The position numbers and the translations under genes are program-made. The notes beneath the pieces are model-generated. The model searched no databases. It was not told where the DNA came from and saw only the letters and a program-made list of their open reading frames with translations. 64,000 nt of DNA, from the NCBI GenBank assembly GCA_903858275.1, contig CAIOIC010000080.1:33063-97062 (forward strand), in the 5' to 3' direction. Source of the DNA: an uncultured Verrucomicrobia subdivision 3 bacterium (lineage in GTDB: Bacteria; Verrucomicrobiota; Verrucomicrobiia; Limisphaerales; UBA11358). Of this stretch, positions 18,512 to 25,585 are shown piece by piece (position 1 is the stretch's first letter; each line of letters opens with the position of its first letter).

Positions 18512-20148
18512 GTCGCCCGCCGCATCTTCAAATCGAACTCGAATCCGGCGAGCGCCGGGACATTCCCGCGCCGTCCGGCGGCCGTTCGCTGGCCGACGCG
18601 CTGGCGGCGCAAGGCCTGCCGCTGAACACGCGTTGCGGCCAGCGCGGGCTTTGTCGCGGCTGCGAAGTGGAATTGCGCAGCGGCGAACTTACGGTCAACG
18701 GCGCCATTGTCACCGCGCCCGCCACAGTTCAAGCCTGCCGGGCAATCGTCAGTGCGGCGGCCAAGATTTTCATTCCCGCCCGTTCGCGCATTGAGCACAA
18801 GCCGCAGGTCGGCGAGACGTTTGAAATTGCGATTCCCTACGCGCATCAGCCGTTGTTTGCGCCGGTGGCAGGCGGGCGCGACACGGCGTTTGCCGTGGAT
18901 GTCGGCACGACCACCGTGGTGGTGCTGCTGGTGGATTTGGTCAGCGGCGAAGTGTTGTCGCGTGCCGGGGCGTTCAACGAGCAAATCCGCTTTGGCGACA
19001 ACGTCATCACCCGCATCGAAGCCGCGCGCTTGCCGGAAAATCTCGCCGCGATGCAGCGGGCCATCGTGATGGAGACGATCAAGCCGTTGCTGGTGAACGC
19101 GTGCGAGCGGGCAGGGCGGTCATTAGATCGCATTGCCGGTGGCGCGATCGCCGGCAATACCACCATGTTGCATCTGCTCGTCGGCGAAGATCCGACCCCG
19201 CTGGGCATCGCACCGTTCACCCCGCGCTTTATCGAAGGGAAAAGTCTTACCGCCGGACAAATTGCTTTGTCTGCCGACGGTCTTGCGCCGGAGACGCCCG
19301 TGCAATTGCTGCCGGGCATTGGTGCCTACATCGGCGCGGACATCACCGCCGGAGTGTATGCGAGCGGCATGGTGTTTGATCCGACGCCGAGTCTGCTGGT
19401 GGATATCGGCACGAATGGCGAAATCGTTTTGCAGAACGGCGGCCAACTTACCGCCTGCGCCACCGCCGCCGGTCCGGCGTTTGAAGGCTGCGGTTTGCGC
19501 TGCGGCACGCGGGCGCGCGAAGGCGCGGTCAGCGATCTGGATTTGAAGCTGAATCCGTTCTCGCTCGTGACCGAAGTCATCGGCAATGTGCCGCTGGCGC
19601 GGGCGAACGGCATTTGCGGTTCGGCGTATGTGGATTTTCTGGCCACGGCGCGGAGCAGCGGACTGCTGGGATTTTCCGGCCGGTTTGTTAAAACCGTTTG
19701 GGAAAATCTGCCGGCGCAAAATCGCTTCACGGCGGAGGATGAACAGGCATTGCGTCTCGTGGCGGATGGCGGCAGCGGTGAATTGCGCATCAGCGAGGTG
19801 GATGTCGCCCTGCTGCTGCAGGCCAAGGCGGCGATTGGGGCGGGCATCGAAACTTTGCTGGAGACCGCGGGCATCAAGGCGGCGGATTTGGGCCGCGTTT
19901 ATCTCGCCGGTGGATTTGGGATGCACTTGAATGTGCCGCACGCCATCGCCATCGGCTTGCTGCCGGGTTTTCGCGAGGAACAGGTGCGGGTGGTTGGTAA
20001 CACTGCGCTGGCGGGCGCGCTGCTGGCGCTGGTGGACCGGACGACGCTCGCGGAAATGGAGAATTTGCGACGCCAGGTGGAGGTCGTCGAACTGAATCTG
20101 GCCGACGGGTTTGAAGACCGTTACGTCGAGCACCTGATGTTGCCATGA
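18508..20148 (+). CDS. RACo-type ATP-dependent reductive activase of corrinoid proteins ([2Fe-2S] ferredoxin domain + ASKHA/DUF4445 domain)
   Basis: The N-terminal cysteine cluster is RCGQRGLCRGCEV...C. The ASKHA phosphate motifs are AVDVGTTTVV and LVDIGTNGEIV. The ATG at 18508 overlaps the DUF1638 stop (ATGA). Confidence 0.8.
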   Translation: MSRPPHLQIELESGERRDIPAPSGGRSLADALAAQGLPLNTRCGQRGLCRGCEVELRSGELTVNGAIVTAPATVQACRAIVSAAAKIFIPARSRIEHKPQVGETFEIAIPYAHQPLFAPVAGGRDTAFAVDVGTTTVVVLLVDLVSGEVLSRAGAFNEQIRFGDNVITRIEAARLPENLAAMQRAIVMETIKPLLVNACERAGRSLDRIAGGAIAGNTTMLHLLVGEDPTPLGIAPFTPRFIEGKSLTAGQIALSADGLAPETPVQLLPGIGAYIGADITAGVYASGMVFDPTPSLLVDIGTNGEIVLQNGGQLTACATAAGPAFEGCGLRCGTRAREGAVSDLDLKLNPFSLVTEVIGNVPLARANGICGSAYVDFLATARSSGLLGFSGRFVKTVWENLPAQNRFTAEDEQALRLVADGGSGELRISEVDVALLLQAKAAIGAGIETLLETAGIKAADLGRVYLAGGFGMHLNVPHAIAIGLLPGFREEQVRVVGNTALAGALLALVDRTTLAEMENLRRQVEVVELNLADGFEDRYVEHLMLP

Positions 20149-20873
20149 ACCCGAACGACTTTCCCGCTGTCCCGCTGTTGGAACACCGGCCCTACGACCG
20201 GATTCGTGAACTCTATCTTCTACAGGAACCCATGCTGCTGGCCGCCATCCGGCGCGGCGACCGGGGCGAATCGCGGCGGATTATTAATCACGTGCTCGTC
20301 CATATTTACAGCGCGGGCGAGGAGCGGAGCGATTTGTTGAAAGGCTTGCTGCTTGAACTCGTCGTGATGATTTCCCGCGCGGCGGTCGAGGCGGGCGCGG
20401 TGCAATCGGAAGTGCTGGGCATGAACTTCCGCTTTCTGACGGAGTTGGCGGTGATTGACGACGATGAACATCTCGCCGCGTGGCTGCGAAAAATCCTGGA
20501 ACATGTGATGTCCACGATTGAGCAGCAGAAGGATTTTACGCCGCCGCTGCTGATCGGCAAGGCGCTGGATTTCATGCGCCGGAATCTGCACCGCGACATC
20601 TCGCGCGACGAAGTCGCCCGCCATGCGGGGATTTCCCCCAGCCATTTTTCGCGGCTGCTCAAGGAACGCACCGGCCGGTCGTTCACGGAATTATTGCGGC
20701 AATGCCGCGTAGATCTCGCCTGTGAATTATTGAACAGCACCGAGCAGACCTTGGCGGAAATCGCCGACACCTGCGGCTTCTGCGACCAGAGTTACTTCAC
20801 CCGCGTGTTTCAGGATGTGAAGGGTTTGACGCCCGGACAATTTCGCTCCGCAGCCAAGCTGAACGGGACTTAG
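20145..20873 (+). CDS. AraC family transcriptional regulator with helical (non-cupin) N-terminal domain
   Basis: C-terminal AraC HTH pair (ISPSHFSRLLKERTG ... IADTCGFCDQSYFTRVF). The start overlaps the RACo stop (ATGA at 20145-20148). Confidence 0.85.
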   Translation: MNPNDFPAVPLLEHRPYDRIRELYLLQEPMLLAAIRRGDRGESRRIINHVLVHIYSAGEERSDLLKGLLLELVVMISRAAVEAGAVQSEVLGMNFRFLTELAVIDDDEHLAAWLRKILEHVMSTIEQQKDFTPPLLIGKALDFMRRNLHRDISRDEVARHAGISPSHFSRLLKERTGRSFTELLRQCRVDLACELLNSTEQTLAEIADTCGFCDQSYFTRVFQDVKGLTPGQFRSAAKLNGT

Positions 20874-20953
20874 CCATTTTTGAACGCGCGGCTCATGGCG
20901 GCGAACAGGGCGGGCGTGGTTTCGCAACAGCCGCCGATGATGCGCGTGTCGCG
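20870..20953 (-). pseudogene. Relic of the 3' end of a homocysteine S-methyltransferase gene (27 codons)
   Basis: The minus-strand frame reads RDTRIIGGCCETTPALFAAMSRAFKNG-stop, directly preceded by an in-frame TAA at 20954-20956. The intact paralogue at 30276..31184 ends with GVRIIGGCCGTTPALLTAMSRAVKNIKAPV. By hand alignment, nt 20880-20950 match 30298-30368 at about 60 of 71 positions. Confidence 0.7.
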
Positions 20954-20980
20954 TTAAATTCATTATTAACCCTGCCTGAG

Positions 20981-22219
20981 TCAGGAAAACTCCTTAATGG
21001 CTTCGAACATGGCCACGATGTTTTGTGGCGGCACGTCGGGTAGAATGTTGTGGACGGTGTTGAATACGAAGCCGCCGCCGGGCATGAGGATTTCCAGCCG
21101 GCGCTTCACGTCGTCCTTCACCTGTTGCGGTGTGCCGGTGGGCAGCACCACTTTCGTGTCGCCGCCGCCGCCCCAAAAGCAGATGTCCTTGCCGAAATCG
21201 CGCTTCAAGCCGTCCGCCTCCATGCCGAGGCAGGTCGTCTGCACGGGATTGATGACATCGTAACCGGCTTCGATCAAATCCGGCAGCAGCGCGCGGATCG
21301 AGCCGCAGGAATGAAGAAACGTTTTCATTTTGGAATGCTTGTGGACGTAGTCGCACAGCATCGTATGGCGCGGCTTGAAGAGCTGGCGATACATGGTTGG
21401 CGACATAAACGGTCCGCCATTCGTGCCAAGGTCGTCGCCGAAGCGGACGATGTCCGCCACGTCGCCGACGGCGCGGCAGACTTTTTCGAGCGTGGCGAGG
21501 TGGCGTTCCATCAGCGCGTCGAGGAGGCGCTCGACCTGTTCCGGTTCGGCGGCGAGGTCCATGAGGAAGTTATCCATGCGCCGGAGAAACGTGCCCCACT
21601 CAAACAGATTGCAGCCGACGACAATCATCAATGCGCGGTCGCTGGTGTGGCGGAGTTCGAGCGCCTTGGCGCGGAGCGCGTCCCAGAAGCCGGGATCGCT
21701 GGCATGATCCCATGGGCTATGGACGAGCGCAGCCCAGAGGACGCGGCTCATCTCTTTATCCAGGTCGCGGTAGTCGGCGGGATAATTGTCGAGGTAGGGA
21801 AAATAGGTCTGGTCATAGAACGTGCCGCGCGCGGGCATGTGCGCGATGTCGAGGCCGTCCTTCATCCGCGCGACGAACGAACCGTCGGTTTGGCGCTCGG
21901 GGTTGAACCACGCGGGATACAACGCAGGCTGGCCGTCCATCAACGTCGTGGGCTGCCACGCCGCCGGCTCGGTATTGAAAGCGCGGCCGATGTCCACCAC
22001 GTCCACGCCGAAGCGGTCGAGGATGATGTTTTCGGGTTGCGCGAGCTGCTGGACGACGTCATAGACGAGCGTGTTGCCCTGCGCGAGGCCGAGATGGCGC
22101 TTGAGATTGCCGTAGGCGATGGCTGAGATGCCGGAGCTGGGCGTCGCGCCGAGGTCCACGGGCACGCGGTCGGGCTGGCGGTGTTCGATGGCAGCAAGGA
22201 TGCGTTCGCGTGAGTTCAT
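20981..22219 (-). CDS. URO-D family methyltransferase, long class (putative substrate:corrinoid methyltransferase)
   Basis: 412 aa. The N-terminus MNSRERILAAIEHRQPDRVPVD is typical of the URO-D/MtaA family. It also has LHSCG and the C-terminal block FWGGGGDT...PGGGFVFNTVHNI. It is a clear paralogue of 35332..36603. Confidence 0.75.
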   Translation of the reverse strand: MNSRERILAAIEHRQPDRVPVDLGATPSSGISAIAYGNLKRHLGLAQGNTLVYDVVQQLAQPENIILDRFGVDVVDIGRAFNTEPAAWQPTTLMDGQPALYPAWFNPERQTDGSFVARMKDGLDIAHMPARGTFYDQTYFPYLDNYPADYRDLDKEMSRVLWAALVHSPWDHASDPGFWDALRAKALELRHTSDRALMIVVGCNLFEWGTFLRRMDNFLMDLAAEPEQVERLLDALMERHLATLEKVCRAVGDVADIVRFGDDLGTNGGPFMSPTMYRQLFKPRHTMLCDYVHKHSKMKTFLHSCGSIRALLPDLIEAGYDVINPVQTTCLGMEADGLKRDFGKDICFWGGGGDTKVVLPTGTPQQVKDDVKRRLEILMPGGGFVFNTVHNILPDVPPQNIVAMFEAIKEFS

Positions 22220-23229
22220 TATTTGTGTTCCTCCTGGAGTTTCGCGCCTTCACCTTCCGGCAAGCCGTCGCGGAACGTGCCAAACCATTTGTCGAGCGGA
22301 ATGCCGGCTTCGCCGTAGTTGCACTCGAAGTAGCGGTGATGAAGGTAATGAAAGTAGGAGCCGGTCGGCCATTTGTCCTCGATGATCGGCCCTTCAAATC
22401 CATGGTGGCCGCATGCGGGCGAGAGTGCCGTGTGCTGGAGGTTGAACAAGAAATGGATTGGATGCGACGGCACAATCCAATGAATCAGCACGACGCTGAA
22501 ATACAGCAATGTTTCAACTGGATGCATCGCCATGCCGGACCAGGAAATGGGATTGATGTTCTTGTGATGGAGATAATGGAAGCGCTGGTAGAGCGGTTTC
22601 CAGTGGATGAGCCGGTGAATCCAGTAGAAATGAAATTCGCGCCAGAACGGAATCAGGAACAGCCACACGACGAACCACACCGGATGCGCGCTCCAACTGA
22701 CGGAGGGCAGCTTGCCGTTGGCGTAAAGCCACATCGTGACGGCTTCGTAGGTGGTCATAAAGGCGCAGCCGATGACGGCGGTCCAAAAGATGTTGTCATA
22801 GACCTGGTCGCGGAAGAGGAAGGTCCGGCTATTGCGCGCCGGCCAGCGGGAATCGTATTTGCCCTTCGTGCCTTCGCCTTTGAGGAGGTAGAAATACAGG
22901 TGATAGCTGCCATAGACCAACCAGATCAAAACCTGGTTGCGGAGGAAAAGCTGGGAGATCCAGTCCCACTGAAACTGCGCGCACCGCGCCAGCTCCGGCT
23001 GAAACCACAGCCACGACGCGGCGGAAATCGCGAGCAGCACGAGATTGCGCGGCCACATGAAGCCGGGCCAAGTGATGAGCCACTTCAGAAATGCCAGCGG
23101 CCGGGGTGGCCAGACGAACAACGGCGCGTAGCGGCACGGATAATCCGGACGCCACTCGCCCTTGGCATTGCGCACGCCGGGGTCGGAATGCGGTGTGCCG
23201 GGAATGAAATGTTGGAAGATTTTTCGCAT
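22219..23229 (-). CDS. Fatty acid hydroxylase / sterol desaturase superfamily membrane di-iron oxygenase
   Basis: His boxes HRLIH, HYLHHKN and HYLHHRYF, plus several hydrophobic segments. The stop overlaps the downstream URO-D start by 1 nt (TAATG at 22217-22221). Confidence 0.8.
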   Translation of the reverse strand: MRKIFQHFIPGTPHSDPGVRNAKGEWRPDYPCRYAPLFVWPPRPLAFLKWLITWPGFMWPRNLVLLAISAASWLWFQPELARCAQFQWDWISQLFLRNQVLIWLVYGSYHLYFYLLKGEGTKGKYDSRWPARNSRTFLFRDQVYDNIFWTAVIGCAFMTTYEAVTMWLYANGKLPSVSWSAHPVWFVVWLFLIPFWREFHFYWIHRLIHWKPLYQRFHYLHHKNINPISWSGMAMHPVETLLYFSVVLIHWIVPSHPIHFLFNLQHTALSPACGHHGFEGPIIEDKWPTGSYFHYLHHRYFECNYGEAGIPLDKWFGTFRDGLPEGEGAKLQEEHK

Positions 23230-23268
23230 GCCGGTTCGTTAAATGAAACACGCCGAAGTTCCGCAGGA

Positions 23269-23685
23269 CTATTGCAGGTGGAAAACTTCTTTCATATCGC
23301 TCCATATTTTGCTTTTCGCGGCAGCGGCAGGCAGCGGCGATTGACAGGGATCGGTTTCCTTCCACCAGGCTTGCGTAGCAGGATCAGCGGCCATCTGCTT
23401 CATGTCGGCTTCAAAATTGGTGCCAGTATATTCCAGATAGGCAAACAGGTAGAGCTTGCCGTCAATTTCACATTTGTTGATGGAGAAATTCTGGATGTGG
23501 ATTTCCTTGAGCGTCCGTTTAACTGACTGCCAGGGATACGCGTGTAATTCCTCGTAGCGCGCAGCTTTCTCCGGCTTGAGGCCGGTGACCCAGGCGTAGC
23601 GGGTGACGTGCGGTTGCGGAGTGGCGCAGCCAGACAAAACGACCAACGCCAACAATGGCAATGCATAGTTCAGTTTATTTTTCAT
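23269..23685 (-). CDS. L-rhamnose mutarotase (RhaM/DUF718)-like protein with lipoprotein signal peptide
   Basis: The block YAWVTGLKPEKAARYEELHAYPWQSV...IQNFSI...LFAYLEYTG...ATQAWW is RhaM-like. From the ATG at 23685 the N-terminus is MKNKLNYALPLLALVVLSGC, which contains a lipobox. Confidence 0.65.
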   Translation of the reverse strand: MKNKLNYALPLLALVVLSGCATPQPHVTRYAWVTGLKPEKAARYEELHAYPWQSVKRTLKEIHIQNFSINKCEIDGKLYLFAYLEYTGTNFEADMKQMAADPATQAWWKETDPCQSPLPAAAAKSKIWSDMKEVFHLQ

Positions 23686-23699
23686 GGGCTCAATCTGGT

Positions 23700-25565
23700 T
23701 CAACGGAAAATGTAATACAGCACGCACATGGCGATGAAGACCAGCGCGGCCAGCACCTTGTAATTCGCCAGCCCTGGCCAGCCGGGCGATTTCAGCGCGT
23801 CAAGCGGATGCGGCCAATACAGCTTCTGCGGATCTTCCGCCGCCAGTTTTGGACGCGCGATGGTCAAGGCGACTTGCAGCACGATGCAGAAGCAGAGCAG
23901 GTAAAACGCCATCAGCATGAATGGCGTCACATAGAAGAAGGACGGAATCCAGCCGAAGGCCACTGGCTGCCAGACGTGCAGCGTCTTGAGCGTGAATACC
24001 AGCGCGCCGGTCAGCGAGCCGATCCACATGGTCCATTTGGCGCTGAACGCCGAGGCGCGCGGCCAGAAAACCCCCACGGCGAACACGCACGAAATCGGCG
24101 GGGCGATGTGCGCGATGATGTCGTTGATGCCCGCGAAAATGCTTTTGTAATTGTCCAGCAGCGGCACCATGGCAATACCCAGCAGGAACGCCGCAAGCGA
24201 GGCAAGCCGGCCGATTAACACCAGCTTTTTCTCCGGCGTCGCGGGCCGGAAGCGCCGCCACAGATCGTAGCTGAACAGCGTGGCGATGGAGTTGGACGCG
24301 CTGGCGAGGTTGCCCATGAGCGCGGCCATCAATGCCGCCGCCATTACCCCGAATAACCCGACGGGCATGAGGTTTTTAATCATCAGGCCGTAGGTTTCCT
24401 TGGATGACATCACGGTGACGTTCGCGGGCAGCACGAGATTTTTCTGATCAAAGCCAGACATCAAAGTCAACGGCTGACCGCCGTTGGCGAGTTCTTTCGT
24501 CAAGTCCAGCGGAGCCTGGCCGTCGGTGAAATTGATTTTCTGCGTCTGGCCGCCGAGCGCCTTGCCGGTGAGTTCCAGTTGGTATTGCTTGCCGGACGCG
24601 GAGATGGTCTGCTCGCTACGAATGCGGAGTTGCGCCATCCCGTCCAGTTTGCCGCCCTGAATTATCGTCAGGAACAGCAGTCCCGGCAGGATGAAAACGA
24701 ACACCGGAAACACCTTGATGAGGCCGCAGAACAGCGGGCCGGTGCGGGCGTGGTTCTCGTCTTTCGCGCCCAGGACGCGCTGCACAATCGTCTGGTCCGC
24801 ACACCAATACCAGATGCTCAACGCCGGATAGCCCAGCAGCACCGCATACCACGGCAGGCCGGGTTCCTCGGCAGACGAGCGCAGCATGGTGAGTTTCACC
24901 GTCTCGCCGCTGGCTTGAAGCTGCTCCGTCATGCCGTGCCAGCCGCCGGCTTTCGTGTAGGCCAGCGCGGTGATGATGATCGAGCCCACCAGCAAGATGA
25001 CGGCCTGAATTGTCTCCGTCAGCACGACCGCCGAGAGTCCGCCGAGAATGGTGTAGATCGCCGTGAGCGTCGTGAGCGTGATGATGCAAACCCATTTATC
25101 AATGCCGAATACGCCATGCAGCACCAGCCAGCCGGTCGAGAGCGGAAACGCGATGTTAAAGATGATCGCCGTGAGCATCGAGAGTCCCGCCAGCCAGTCG
25201 CGACATTCGGAGCAATAGCGTTTCTCCAGAAAGTCCGGCAACGTCGCCACCTTGGCGCGCATATAAAACGGCACAAAAAACAGGCTCAACACAATCAGCG
25301 TGTAGGCCGCCAGCCACTCAAAGTTCCCCATGAGAAATCCGGAGTCATAACCGGCTTGCGCGAGGCTGACAAGGTGCAGGCAGGAGATGTTCGTCGCGAA
25401 CAGCGCCAGCCCGATGGACGACCAGCTCAACGTGTTGCCCGCGAGAAAATAGCTACCCGCCTCGCTGCCCTTGCGTTTGCGCAGGTCAATCCACACGCCC
25501 GCGCCGACAATGCCAGCAAGGTAAACAACAATGATGATGAGGTCTATGGCGCTGATGTTCTTCAT
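23700..25565 (-). CDS. Sodium:solute symporter (SSS/SGLT family)
   Basis: 621 aa and multi-TM. The N-terminal pattern (IDLIIIVVYLAGIVGAGVW...FLAGNTLSW) is typical of SSS transporters. It contains a hydrophilic insertion of about 80 aa. Confidence 0.85.
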   Translation of the reverse strand: MKNISAIDLIIIVVYLAGIVGAGVWIDLRKRKGSEAGSYFLAGNTLSWSSIGLALFATNISCLHLVSLAQAGYDSGFLMGNFEWLAAYTLIVLSLFFVPFYMRAKVATLPDFLEKRYCSECRDWLAGLSMLTAIIFNIAFPLSTGWLVLHGVFGIDKWVCIITLTTLTAIYTILGGLSAVVLTETIQAVILLVGSIIITALAYTKAGGWHGMTEQLQASGETVKLTMLRSSAEEPGLPWYAVLLGYPALSIWYWCADQTIVQRVLGAKDENHARTGPLFCGLIKVFPVFVFILPGLLFLTIIQGGKLDGMAQLRIRSEQTISASGKQYQLELTGKALGGQTQKINFTDGQAPLDLTKELANGGQPLTLMSGFDQKNLVLPANVTVMSSKETYGLMIKNLMPVGLFGVMAAALMAALMGNLASASNSIATLFSYDLWRRFRPATPEKKLVLIGRLASLAAFLLGIAMVPLLDNYKSIFAGINDIIAHIAPPISCVFAVGVFWPRASAFSAKWTMWIGSLTGALVFTLKTLHVWQPVAFGWIPSFFYVTPFMLMAFYLLCFCIVLQVALTIARPKLAAEDPQKLYWPHPLDALKSPGWPGLANYKVLAALVFIAMCVLYYIFR

Positions 25566-25585
25566 GGGAACGTCTTTGAGAAATA

